51,290 nt of DNA, taken from positions 112,254,043-112,305,332 of the forward strand of contig NC_068981.1 in assembly GCF_001194135.2 (NCBI RefSeq), in the 5' to 3' direction. Below the pieces are notes generated by a model, which was not told the DNA's origin, searched no databases, and saw only the letters and a list, made by a program, of their open reading frames with translations. Origin of the DNA: Octopus bimaculoides (taxonomy: Eukaryota). How positions within the stretch are numbered: the first letter of the stretch is position 1; each line of letters starts with the position of its first letter. Below, one piece after another: positions 11,385 to 24,496 of this stretch. A program made the translations under genes and the position numbers.

Positions 11385-13560
11385 TCAACATTTGAAGATC
11401 ATACTTCACCACCTCATCCTGTGTCTTCCTGGGTTTACCTCTTCCACAGGTTCCCTCCACGTGCATCACATGACCATATCAGTGCTGTCTCCTCTCTTGC
11501 ACATTGCATCTTATGCCTGTTATACCCAACTCTTCTCTCAAGATTTTTGCACTCTGTCATACATGCATACCAACAGTGCACATCCAGCAAAGCATACTAG
11601 ATTAATTTCTTTCAAGCTTTTTTATGTCTTCTATAGTCACAGCCCATGTTTCACTGCCATGTTGCATTGCTGTTTATACACAGGCATCATACAATCTGCC
11701 TTTCACTCTAGGGGAGAGAACCTTTGTTACCAGCAATGGTAGAAGCTCTTTGAACTTTGCCCAGCCTATCCTTGTTCTAGCAGCTATGCTCTTGGAGCAG
11801 ACACCTTTACTGCTGACTTGGTCACTTAGGTAAGGGAAGCTATCTACTACTTCTGAATATCCCCCTGGGCATTTGATGAAGTCTGTTTTCTGTACATTTC
11901 TTGAGTTTATTGTACCTATACACCTACCACTCACAAAAACTACTTTCTCTGTTATCCTTCCTCTGATATTGCTGCACCTATTATGTGTCCATAGCTTGCA
12001 CCAGGTACCCCTTAAGCAATTTCTCTTTACACCTTGTTTACAAATTGAGCAGGACCATCTACCTGAAGGGATTTGTGATTTGTCTGCTCTCCTACTCACT
12101 AGAACTTTGTTCTTTGCTAAATTAGCTTTAAGGCCCTTTCATTTCAGACCTTGCTTCCACACCTGAAATTTCTTCTAGTTCTGGTAATTATTCAGCTATA
12201 AGAACAAGGTCATCAGCACAGAGGAGCTCCCAAGGGTAGCCTGTCTAAAATTTGTTATAGCCTGGAAGACTATGATGAATAAGAGGGAACTGAGAATCAA
12301 TCCTTGGGGAACTCCTACCTGTACACTAAATTCATTGTTATACAGGTTACCAAATTTCAGCTTAGTAACAGTATCCCTGTACATGGCTTACAATCTACCC
12401 CTAGCTTCCGCATTGACAACCAGATAAGGGAACCTGTCAAATGCTTTCTCCATGTCAGTAAAAGCCAAGTACAGAGGTTTTTGCTAAGTACTTCTTTTGC
12501 AGCTGCCTAACCAGGAATATAGCGTCAGTAGTGTTTCTCCATGGCATAAAACCAAACTGCACCTTGTCTAGACTAACTGTCTTCCTCATCTTTACCTTTG
12601 TAGCAGTTGATTATGGTGCTGCTACACCACTCATTGGGTATGACTCCCTTGTGGACAAACTGATTAACTATACAGATGACTAGACCATATCCCACTCCAC
12701 CAGATATTTTAATCATCTCAGCGGTTCTTGCTGATGGACTGGAAACTTTCCTCATCTATCTAGCTCTCATGTCTTTATCTACCAAGCTATTTTCTATTCG
12801 GATAATTGGTCCCTCTGTTGGGTCCACATTAGGCAAACTCTCTTTCTTCCATATGTTCTCTACATTTAACAGCCTTTCATAGTGACACTGCTAAGCTTCT
12901 TTCTTTGCAGAGTCACTGGCTGCAAGTGAACCATCATCCATGTGAATCCACTTCTCTCCTACAACATCACGATTTTCCTTGACACAGTCTTACAAACTAA
13001 AAGATTTCAAGCTGCTGGTCCTCACACTGCAGAACATTGGCAAACTTCTTCCCTTCTGCTTCACTCCTGGCTAAGCCTCCTAGCTTCCCTTCTAGTTACC
13101 TGATGTAGTTATTTGCTACCGCCATGCTTCTAAACCTGTTTCTTTGCTCTACACTGTTCCACCACCTTGTCACCCTAGGTCTGGCTGGGACTTTGCACCA
13201 GCTGCAAATTTGGTCTGTGGATCTTAGTAAGTTGTCTAGTAGGCACTTCCAGTTGTTCTCTATGTTACATGTCTGTAATTCCTCCACCTCCTCATTAAAT
13301 GCTTCAGTTTGGACATCTCTAAATCTGATTATTCAAAGGATCCTCAAGCTTCCAGATCCTTCTTTTCCAAGCTAGCCTGCTTCTTGCAATCCTTCTAGTC
13401 TGAAGTCGCTAATGAGTAACCTATGCTGAGGGGTACATTCTTCACCAGGGAAGGACTTTGCATTTATGAGCATCCATGAATCTCACTTTCTGGTGGGAAT
13501 GTTATCAATCTGGCTAGTGTGGTCACCAGATTTATAGGTTGTAAATGGACAAATGAAAGA
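11385..13560 (-). mobile_element. RTE-clade LINE, long decayed fragment (end of endonuclease to RT C-terminus)
   Basis: QVGVPQGLILSSLLFIIVFQAI, Cys-rich insert, FPYLSDQVS, RIGWAKFKELLPLL, GRLYDACV; many stops. Confidence 0.9.
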
Positions 13561-13593
13561 AAGTGGTACTCAAAGTATGTGGTAGGAGTTACA

Positions 13594-13957
13594 TTATTAC
13601 CTCCGCCTTAATGAAGACAGAATTATTGTTTTCAGTCGTGTTTGTTTGTCTGTGGACAAGATATTTCAAGAGCCATTGGATTGATTCAGATGAAACTTTC
13701 AGGGATGTTTAGCCTCGTGACTAGCACAAACAGATTAGATTTTGGGATTGATCTGATACCAGACAAGGATTCTGGATTATTAAAAAAATTTTTTAACTTA
13801 ATCTTTGAGAGTGATCACGTTCATTTTTAGTATTCTCATTTGTGAGAGCAGTCAAGTTTATTTCAGATATTCTCATTTTAAGAATCATCTCCGGCTAATC
13901 ATTGAGAGGACATTGGTGTTACCTTGGTAGAGGTTTACACTCTCTGAGTGCTCTTGC
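13594..13957 (+). mobile_element. Helentron/HINE (DINE-like) non-autonomous element
   Basis: 5-prime ttattacctccgcc, subterminal inverted ggtagaggt, terminal palindrome cactc-tct-gagtg, gtttgtttgtctgt run. Confidence 0.65.
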
Positions 13958-14004
13958 TTAATAATAGTTTGCCTTAACTCCATACAACTTAAAGTTTGTT
14001 AAGC

Positions 14005-14038
14005 ATCTAGATAGATAGATAGATGGATAGATAGATAC

Positions 14039-14073
<35 letters not shown>

Positions 14074-14075
14074 TA
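14005..14075 (+). repeat. (GATA)n microsatellite
   Basis: direct reading. Confidence 0.95.
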
Positions 14076-15225
14076 TAGAGAGAGTAGCGGAATATGAAAC
14101 AAATTCCAGATGATTTCTCAATGTTAGGTCTCTTATTGGTGAACTCAGATCACTCAGTATTGTTGGTCTGGAAGCAGCATCAATTATTTTCCTTGTTCTT
14201 AGGTTCATGTGATCAGACAAGATCTTGCTATGTAGCTGTTCTGCAATGTCTGGAAGGTGTGGTATGGTTTATATAAAGCAGCATTAATTTGTTGCATTTG
14301 ATACTGGCATGGTTGGATGTTGTTACAGGTAAATGAAGATCTAACACTTTAACAGGAACAGCCTTTCCATGGGTGTAACCAGATTTGGTGGTGCCCAAGT
14401 GGATTCTCAGCATAGATTGGCCTGTAGTCTCTATGGGTGGCAGGAATTATGTAGCCTTCCATTGTGTATGGAGGAGCTAGGCTTAAGGTGATATATCTGG
14501 ATTGTCAGCTGCCAAGTTATATCTCTGATGGTTAGAGTAAGACAGTTCATATTTCATTTTGATGGATACTGCAGTTTAGTGAAGTATGTATAGCCTGTCT
14601 TGGAAGCAGTGTTGGCAACTGTTCCATGTGAGTATGGAGGGGATCTGTCAACGATGCTCTATTTGTTGTTGGAGAAGTTGTTCTGATGGTCATGGAGTTC
14701 CTAGATAAAATGGGACAGGGAAGTGGAATTTTCCATATCCTTGCATCTGAAGGAGTGCATGTGCTGTGTATAATTTCCCTTGTAGCATTGGTTGTTGTGT
14801 TCATGTAGTATTTTGTAATGCCATCAGATGGTGTGAGGGTGGTTCTATAAATAACAGCCCTTATGAGGCAGGATCAACCCAGTGGGAAATTAGTAGGATT
14901 TTGAAAGTTACAGGTTAGAGTGTGTACTTGCATCTATTGTAACAGCCAGTGTTAGAAGGAATTTTGTCTAAGCAAGTGCAACTAACCTTGAAGACATGGG
15001 GTTTAAAAGTTTATAATAATTATGGGCAAATACCACCCTTACAGGAATTCCAACAAATAACCTGCGTAGATTCACAGAAACTCCAATCAACCCTTGCTTT
15101 AATTAGAAACCTAGTCACAAACAGTAGAATGACCTCTAAATTATGAGTGTATAAAACTTTCATGTACATCAAAGTAACCATCATTGCATTACCCAACATA
15201 TCCATTAAAGTCACCAGCCATAATA

Positions 15226-15436
15226 CAAGGATGCACTGAAAAGTTCCTGGCTTTAAGGATATTGGGAAAGGTCTGGTTGGAGGCCCAACCTTCAGAGTTC
15301 TTTTACAGGGTTTAGAAAAACTGAAGGACCACAGCAATAAGTGTGTGAATGTGAGAGATGTTGAATGAAATTATAATTAACTGATCTTCTTGTATTTTCT
15401 TTTACCCAAAGCTACGAACTTTTCAGCATCTCCTCA
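15226..15436. mobile_element. mariner-derived MITE
   Basis: TA-flanked TIRs caaggatgcactgaaaagttc / gaacttttcagcatctcctca, related to the 4328-5220 TIRs. Confidence 0.65.
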
Positions 15437-15539
15437 TAATGCTATCATTTATTTTTGAAGTAGTTTGCAAGAAGACCTTTTGCTTATATGACATTTCTTT
15501 GTGGTTTTAGGATATATTTCTGCTGTAGTGGGTGGATCT

Positions 15540-17720
15540 TCTTGAGCACAGCAAGATGCCAGTCTTTTCAGTCTTTTCAGTCTTTTGTCATCTCCTTTGT
15601 AAATCTCAGTGTCTTGAGATCAACCTTCAATTCTTTGTCTCTTCCTGGATACAACCACTTTAAACATTCAGCAATTCTGTATGCAACTATCCTCATCCAT
15701 ATGCATTACATAATCAAATCAATGCAGTCTCCTTTCTTGTACACTACATCTGATTTCTCTTATACCCAACATTTCTTTCAATATAGTAGCCATGTACAGG
15801 GATGCTGTCAGTAAAGTGAGGGTTGGCAACGAGTACAGTGAAGAATGCCAGGTGGAGGTCCACCAAGGATCAGTCCTCAGCCCTCTCTTATTCATCATAG
15901 TCCTCCAGGCAATAACAGAGGAATTCAAAGCAGGATGCCCTGGGAGCTTCTCTATGCTGATGACCTTCCTCTAATAGCTGAGTCACAATCAGAACTAGAT
16001 GAGAAGTTTCAGTTGTGGAAGCAAGGTCTAGAATCGAAGGTCCTTAGAGTCAATCTTGCAAAAACCAAAGTCTTAATAAGTAGGAAGGCAGACAAAAATG
16101 ACAAATCGATCTGTAGAAAAGGCACAGTTATAAACTCCATAAGGTGTAAGCTATGGACACATAAGAGTGTAGCAATATCAAAGGAAGGCTAACTGGGAAG
16201 ATAGCTTTTGTGTGTTGCAAATGCTCAGGGGCAATAAACACCGAAAATGTGCAGAAAACAGCTTCCATCACATGCCAGGGAGAAAAACCACAAATAGCTG
16301 ATAGCTTCTGTTGCCTAGGTAACTAAATCAGTAGCAAGGGTGGATGCTCTGAGAGCGTAGCTGGTAGAATAAGAATAGCTTGGGCAAAGTTCAGAGAGCT
16401 CCTACCTCTGCTGGTGACAAAGGGCCTCTCGCTCAGAGTAAAAGGTACACTGTATGACACATGTGTGCAAACATGGGCTGTGATTGCTGAGGACATGCGT
16501 AAGCTTGCAAGGAATGAAGCCAGTAGGCTCTGCTGGATGTGTAATGTCAGTGTGCATACACAACAGAGTGTAAGCACCCCAAGAGAAAAGTTGAACTTAA
16601 GAAGCATCAGATGTGGTGTGCAAGAGAGACAGCTGTGCTGGTATGGTCATGTGTTGCGTATAGATGAGGACAGCTGTGTGAAAAGGTGTCACACCCTAAC
16701 ACTAGAGGAAACCTGTGGAAGAGGTAAACCCGTGGAAGAGGTAAACCCATGGAAGAGGTAAACCCAGGAAGACCTGGGATGAGGTGGTGAAACATGACCC
16801 TTGATGATGATGTGACCAAGATATGGAGATATGCTGTGCTTGAGAAGAACCAGTAAGCCAAGTGAGACTGTAACCGTGGCCAGTGCAGCATAACTGGCCC
16901 ATTTAAGAGTACCCTTCAATCATTGGGCAATAAACTGTGCTTGCAAAGACCTGTTGAGTCAACTGAAGTCATTGTCGTGGTCGATGCCAGTACCACCTGA
17001 CTGGCCCCATGCTGGTGGCATGTAAAAAGCACCATTCGAGCATGGTTGTTGCCAGTACTGCTTGACTGGCCCTTGTGCTGGTGGCATGGAAAAAGCACCC
17101 ACTTCACTCTTGGAGTGGTTGGCGTTAGGAAAGGCATCCAGCTGTAGAGACCTTGCCAGATCAGATTGGAGCCTGGTACAGCGTTTTGGCTTGCCAGTCC
17201 TCAGTCAAACTGTCCAACCCATGCTAGCATGGAAAGTGGACGTTAAACAACAACAATGATGATGATATTGGCACTAATATTGTACATCCTGTGAAGCATA
17301 CTAGTTTCATTCTTCTTTAGACTTCACATATCTTCTGCAGTTAGGGTCCATATCTCGCTACCATGTAGCATTACTATACTTACACATGCATCATACTGTG
17401 ACCACACTTTCAGAACATCCTCCTCCATTTCTAATTAGACCACCTAGGTAACAGAAACTATTTTTTACTTCTTGGGAACTTCCAGTGCATTTGCAAAGAT
17501 AAATTTCCAGTGTGACCTCAGACTTTATGGCACTAATGCATCTTCCACAGACAAAAATTACTTTCTCCATTAACTTTCCTGTGAGTCCACTGTACTTCTT
17601 GTGTGTCTATAGCACTGGGTATACGTTTTGGAATTCCTGCCTACATGTTTCCTACATATTCAGTAGAGCCTTTTGCCTGAGGTGGGTAGGGCCCTGTTTG
17701 TTTTCTTGCTTATAAGAACT
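15540..17720 (-). mobile_element. older RTE LINE interrupted by the plus-strand RTE (pieces ~15540-15790 and ~17270-17720)
   Basis: minus-strand coding remnants continue across the insert (..RRMKLVC.. then ATILKEMLGIREIRCSVQERRLH). Confidence 0.6.
15790..17270 (+). mobile_element. 5-prime-truncated RTE LINE with 3-prime UTR
   Basis: VHQGSVLSPLLFIIVLQAI and PWELLYADDL RT motifs, NLAKTKV, 17-bp triplication at ~16712-16765, tail ending (gat)n. Confidence 0.92.
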
Positions 17721-18480
17721 TTGCTAAGTTAACTTTAAGACTATTTAATTACAGGTTTTGCTTCCACACCTGCAATGTCTATGAAAAATAGGAGTGGGCA
17801 TTGCATCATAATAAGGGTTGTTGGAAGTGTCCGAAAAAAGTTTGAAACTGTCCTAATGATGTAAAAACTTGAGGCTATCAAACCAAGATGGGTGGGTTGA
17901 GTGTACACACTGTGGACATTTTGCATACTTTCTCAGTTATATATTTATTAGGTTACAATAAATATTAATTTTCAGCAGAAAGATATGAGAAAGTTTTAAA
18001 TATAGATACTTTGAGAATATAAAATGGATAATTTTTGCTTTTCTTTCTCTATTTTGCACTTCTGACGTTATGCTAAGGTTGATCACATAAACTTAAATGT
18101 AGCATCTATTTCTGCAATTCAACCTGGAAAGAAATAGATAAAGACTTATAGTAGATTATTCAGATATATTTTATAAACACAAAATAACTACTATTTGTAA
18201 TGGCATACATGAGGAATGGATCTTACTATATTAGTTCCTTCTTCAATTGCCTGCTCTTGCTTGCTATTAAGTCTACTACCATTAGATTATGTTTACTTTT
18301 AATTGTCTACCAACTGACTGAAGGAATATTTCTCTAATTTCCAAAGATTGCACAGCACTTTTTAATACCATCATTCTTAGATTTGTTTTGTTTTTTATTT
18401 ATTTTTTAAAATTCTTGTATTGGTTGGCCTGATCTTTAATTATCAGAGTGCATATGATTTTTTCTTTTTTTTATATCTAG

Positions 18481-18584
18481 TGTATTGAATCCCTGTCACT
18501 TGCTGATTCCAAACTGAAAGGTGATACTACTCTTGTAATAAATGCATTAGGAAGCAACAGTACATTAAAGGAGTTAGACATCAG
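18481..18584 (+). CDS. CARMIL: CARMIL exon 3 in window
   Basis: polypyrimidine+ctag acceptor, gtaaga donor; [34 protein letters not shown](S), cf. CARMIL1 [34 protein letters not shown]. Confidence 0.95.
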
Positions 18585-19689
18585 GTAAGATTAAAACAAA
18601 GGATATGTTGATATTTCTTTTTTGTTTTAATTTCCACTTGTTTTTTAAAATTTTTTATTCATTTGTTCAATCATCTCTTCAATTAGGAAATAAGGTTTCA
18701 AGGACTCAGCATCATTTAGAACAGTTTTTAGCAACTCCTTGCTTTATGTAAGATCCATTTATATCAACTATTCTATGTCAGGTGTTCATTGGTCACCAAA
18801 ACTTTTGCTTTCCTGATGGTGTCCATCTTAGTCCTACATTTCGAATCTTGTTCCTCCCCATTTGTGAATGCATGGCCTACTACTCTACTGTGAAACTGCT
18901 TGCAATAGAATAGTTCTTGAAAAAATTGTAAGTGGTGGGCCCTTGCATTCAAAATGTACATCTTCTGGCCCCACAAAAGTAGAGTACTAGATTGTCCTCG
19001 GGCACCTATTGTGGAAAGCATTGATCTTGTATTGCATTTTACTACCTGCCAGTATTTTAAGTTCAAAGATTGTATTGCTTAGATATGCAAATTAACTAAA
19101 GTCTTGTTAAAGCTCTACAAGCTTTGGTAAGTATTACTTGGCTGTTCTTTTTTACCTTGTTGACTTTGGCATCCTTGATATGTAAAGGCTGGTCTAGTGT
19201 TCATCATTGGCAGTGATAGGTGCAAGGTTATTGTTGCACATGACTTGTGTTTTAGAGCTAGTAATGTTAAGACCTGTCTGCTTTGCTTAATTATTCAGCC
19301 TATCAGTTTTTCCTGTAGATGATTTCTCTTTTGTCTTACCAATGATCCTGCCAATGATAATGAGGAAAAAGATGGTAAGAGCATGCAGCCCTGTCACATG
19401 CTGGATTCAATTTTAAACCATTCAGAAAGTATCTGTTATGGTCATGATCACATTAGATATTCATGAGTAAATTAACATCATTAAAAGTGGTGGAATGCCA
19501 GAAACTTATTTTCAGAATGAATAGTTTCATCCCTCTACATTATGAGTTTATATGTTGGTAGGGCCACCTCTGTTTTGTGTTTTTGCCTCTTAGAAGTTCA
19601 TAAAATAATGACAGATTATTGTTTGAGGTCAATTCAGCTTTGTAACCCATGCTACAGGAAATCCTTTTTCCCCTTTGTCACAAGGATCT

Positions 19690-21260
19690 CTACCAACTTT
19701 GCAGAATCCTCCTTTCCTCCACCACAGTGGGATCCCTAAGCAGTACTCCTATGGAGAAAACATCCACATTTGCTGACTGCTTTGCATCCAACTCCATATT
19801 GCACACGCTGGGTAAATCTCTTCAAAAAAACTATCCCTCCTACTCCTCCAGGTTTGTCACAATCCTAGTGCAAAAATAATTCTAGCTACTTCAGATTGAC
19901 AAGTACACTGGCCCAACAATATCCCTTCCATTACCCACAAATAATATGTTCCTGAGTTAGCTCCTTTCCTCACCAAATACTTCATATTCTATTTCTCTAC
20001 AAGGATTTGTGCCAGTGTTTGGAAATATGCTACAGCATATCCCATTCCCCAAAAAGGTAATCCATTTGACCCATCATCTATCAATTTATCAGTGATGGGG
20101 ATAGCCATTAACAATTACTTTTTCAACCTTGAGTCCCTCTTCCTCCTTACTGACCACCAGTACAGTTTTCATAAAGCCAGATCTTTTGGAGATCTATTTT
20201 ATGTCAATCATTAATTGGGTAATTAGCCTTAAGAAATTTTGTAATAACAGCATATTTTCATTTGACAGCAAATCACTTGACTGTATCTAGTGCAAATGAC
20301 CTGGCAAAACTGCCTGTCTGTGGGCTCCATTTATTTCTTATATCTTAGACTGAAACTTTCGTATCTGAATGCACAAAGTACCATTTGCTGATGGAGGTTT
20401 TTCTAATCGACATTCTAGCACATGTAGTGTGATCAAAGTCTGGTTTTATCGGACACATTCCACTCTGGTGCAGATGATACTGCTCTTCTTTCTGTATCAA
20501 AACCTCATCTATATATAATTTAGACATCTTGTGTCAAATCTGAACTGATTCCAGTAACAGAAGACTTCTTCAATGAGAGACTGCTAATCTTGTTTCCTTC
20601 ATCAGAACAAAGACACTATAACTACATCTATCAAAGACACAATGTCATATTTCCTCTCTTCAGCATGTATAACATGCAACTGGAATGCTTGAGGTCATTA
20701 GAAATGTTGGGTCATCACTCTCACTGATGATATCTCTTGGTGATCACACATCCTCGACATAGCAAAGACTGCAGCACAAAGAGTGGCTTTTCTCTTCATA
20801 GTAAGAAAACATTTTAGCCTTCAATAACCACCAATCTTTTACAAAGCTCAAATCAAACCTACAGTGGAGTACTGCTGTTGCATTTTGAACATTGTGACTG
20901 CTACATGTTCAAACATCCTAAAATGCAAAAAGAAAAGAAAAAAACTCTGATTGGCATGAAGTTGTTCATGCATTACAATTTTTGACCCATGGATATGTTA
21001 TATCCTTACTCTATTTATCCTACCATTATTACAGTGGTTTCTTCAGAGGTGACTGATTGGCTATTACATTGAATCAGACACTCTCAATTCACTCATCTAT
21101 ACTGTGTCCACTCCCACATATATTACATTTCCCAGAATGTCAGCCCTCTAGAATTCGCTCAATGCCTATATTTTCCTCCTGCTGTCAACTTGCAACTGTC
21201 CATGATGAACATTAATGACCTTGATCTAAACAGTATCAAAGGGCCTGTAAATGCTATAGT
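19690..21260 (+). mobile_element. highly decayed CR1/L2-group LINE RT
   Basis: remnants DHQYSFHKARSFGDL and GADDTAL; no intact frame. Confidence 0.55.
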
Positions 21261-21429
21261 ATTAGCCCCCACCTTTTTTTATGAGAGGATAAATAAAATA
21301 ATCGAGAAATATATTAACTTACAGCTTCATAGGAAATCATTATTCATCTTCTTTTTTTATATAGACATACAAAAAAATGAAATTTACCTTGTTGGTCCAT
21401 CAATCACCTTTCCTAGTTTTGTATGTATC

Positions 21430-21638
21430 TTTTACTTGTTTCAGTCATTAGACTGTGATCATGCTGGGGCACCACCGTCAAGAATTTTTCGTTGGATGAA
21501 TCAACTCCAGTACTTATTTTCTTTATAAGCCTGGTATTTAATTTCTCTGTCTCTCTTTTGTTGAACTGCTAAGCTACAGGACATAAACACACCCACACCA
21601 GTTGTCACATAGTGGTAGGAGACAAACACAGACACAAA

Positions 21639-21673
<35 letters not shown>

Positions 21674-21825
21674 GACTGGCATTTTTCAGTTTCCACTTAC
21701 CAAGTCTACTTACAAGGCTTTGGTTGGTCCAAGGCTTTAGTAGAAGACACTTACCCAAGTTAAAATGCAGTGAGACTGAACCCAGAGCGATATGGTATGG
21801 AAGCAAACTTCTTACTGCACATCCA
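21430..21825 (-). mobile_element. octopus-type SINE, family B
   Basis: reverse complement of 50886-51284 with internal (CA)n. Confidence 0.8.
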
Positions 21826-21989
21826 TGTTTATATCAGGTTGTAATGAAAATTCTGTCTGTTTTTTAAGGCTCAATAAGACAATAAGAAAGAACAATATCT
21901 GATTTATTTAATTGTTAATATTGTCACCATTCTTCTCTACAACTTCTTTCCATCTGTCAATGTGCTTTTTAATGCCATGTTCATAAAAT

Positions 21990-22850
21990 ACACTAGCTTT
22001 AGAAGTGAAAAAGGAAATTAACTCATTTTTGACTTCTGCTCTTGACCTCTCCATTTAAATGATTTTATAAACTTCTAAAAAGATGGTAATTTGTATGTGT
22101 GAGGTCCTGAGAATATGATGGGTGATGTATAATTTTCTAGATGTTTGGTCTTTTGTGCTATGTTAGGTCTAGCATTATCATGATGAAGGATGTCTCTTTT
22201 TCTGCTTGTTAATGAATGATGTTTTTGATGCAAAGGTGCTTTCGACCATGTTAGCTGTTGGCAGTGTACATCAGCTGTTATTGTTTGATTGTCAACTAGT
22301 AGCTTGTGATGAATTATTCTATGCATATCCTACCATACACTCAGAAGAATCTTCATTGGATGCAGGCTACTTCTGGGCTGCTGAGCTGGATCTTCACCAT
22401 GACCGAGCCACTGACATTTTCAGTTAATGTTATGGTAAAGTATCCATTTTACATCTCCAGTAATGACTCTATTCAAAAAATGCATTTGCAGATCTTGAGA
22501 TTGCAATGATGCACATCAATCAACACATTGTGTGTGATTGTCTGCTGAAAGATCATGCAAGACCCATTTTCCAACCTTTAACACTTTACCAAGCCTTTGT
22601 AATTCACAATGAATGGTGGTATGGCCCACATTGAAGCCCGTGCTTAGTTCCCAAACTGCAATAGTCTGGTTTGCTTCCAGTGCATCAGAATCCAACCCTC
22701 TTCAGTGCACTTCTCTTGATTCATCCTGCAGGCTATAGTCTCCATTTCTGAATCATGAAAACCATCTTCTGCATATTCTGATAGTCTCTACACCATCATC
22801 ATAAGTGTTTGGGAGTGATTTTGCTGGTACACTTGCACTATTCTTTTTTT
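21990..22850 (-). mobile_element. mariner transposase remnant
   Basis: ILHHDNARPNIA (second catalytic D motif); TIRs not resolved. Confidence 0.65.
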
Positions 22851-23785
22851 TTAATTCATAAAGAATAACATGCCAAATATGTTCTTTGCATAGAGAAAAT
22901 ATGAATCCAATACAGCAACTTCAGTAGTGATAAAATTGACAAAATCTGAAAGAAAATATATTAATGATTTCGTCGTATTTCAAATACTAACTTGCAAATT
23001 AATTATAAAAAAAGAACTGAGTTTTTGTTACAACCTGATATAATGTTTTTAAAATAACATTTGCTGTTTTTAGTTTTGGTGCATAACTGCATACAATTTT
23101 ACACACAAGCTGATATATGTGATGATTACATTCTGTTTGTTTCATTTTAGCTCTTGCTTCTTCCAATTCAAATGAATACTGTTGAAAATGTCACTTCAAC
23201 TTATCAAATAATTTATATATGAATTGCATTTAATATCAATATATACAGTCTTATTTACACCATATATTCATAAATTCATCTGAATCATTGATTTTTCCAA
23301 AATCCTATATTGTCATATTACATTTTTATCAAAAGTTAAAATATTTTCAACTGAAATGACATCCTTTAAGTTGAGAAACATTTTGCTGCACAAACACACA
23401 TAGACACAAAAATGTTGCTTTAGTTTAGAAATGTGATTGATATACATGAGTGGAATCAGCAGGATATGTAGAAAGTTTCACTAAATAAAAGATAAACAAC
23501 TTTTAGCGGAGCCAATGACCTACTAGAAATAGCAGTCAAATCTCACTTTACTCTAAGAAGGAAGGTTTAGTGAAAATGTGGTCCCTATACACTGTATTTT
23601 AAAAAACAGATGCATTAGCTAGCTATATTTGAAGCTCTTTTATCTTGTCTTGACCTATAGCTACATAAAAACATTTTGAAAAGAATCTGTTAACACTCTT
23701 ATTGGCTATTTGTATTGCTTTATTTCTACTTCAAAGAAGGATTAATAAATTTAAAATCTATTTTATTTTTTTAATTTATTTGCAG

Positions 23786-23923
23786 TGGTAACAGTATGGA
23801 AGATGTTGGAGCACGTATGTTGGCAAAAGCCTTGCAAATTAATAACAAATTGCAGACAATTATCTGGGATAGAAATGGCACCACAATCCAAGGTTTCCAA
23901 GATATTGCTGATGCATTAGAGGA
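23786..23923 (+). CDS. CARMIL: CARMIL exon 4 in window
   Basis: tgcag acceptor, gtatga donor; [45 protein letters not shown](E), cf. CARMIL1 [41 protein letters not shown]. Confidence 0.95.
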
Positions 23924-24310
23924 GTATGAAGTTTTCAATTATTTTTATCTAAAAAGTCAAGAATTCAGGCCAATATATATAAAAAATTATAATGAGTGAA
24001 ATATGATGGTATAATTCTAAGTGAATTGGTCCCTAAGTCTTGAGTTGATTATCCGCTGCAATTATTTACCAGTTGCTTGATTTATTACAAATAGTAGCCA
24101 TACTTTTCAAATAACACCCTTTGAACTGATAAAAAAAAAAAAGAAATAGACATTACTTAACATGGTATTTATTACACCGTGCCTATCAAAAGGACTTAAT
24201 GGTTATGTCTGGAAGGCCTTTGATGTTAGCATTACTCTGTCAGAGCTTATGTGGGATCAATCAATAGTAACGCATTTTCTTTACTAATTTATTTTTAATA
24301 TCGTTCACAG

Positions 24311-24404
24311 GAATTATGTCTTGAAAAAGATGCCAACACCAGTTTTTGATGCTACAGTTGCCATTAAATACCATCCAGAAAAAGTTGAAGCTGCTCTTCA
24401 AAAG
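24311..24404 (+). CDS. CARMIL: CARMIL exon 5 in window
   Basis: cacag acceptor, gttatt donor; NYVLKKMPTPVFDATVAIKYHPEKVEAALQK, cf. [31 protein letters not shown]. Confidence 0.93.
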
Positions 24405-24496
24405 GTTATTTTTACCTATCTGTCACCCATTGATTCCTCTTTGATATTTTCCCCCTTTATTAATGTAATTTTAATATAATTATATATGATATGAAA

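Noticed and set aside
23924-23999. ORF-track extension [12 protein letters not shown]... of the 23796 ORF
   Set aside because: Read-through into intron; homology stops at the GA|gtatga donor and resumes in phase at 24311
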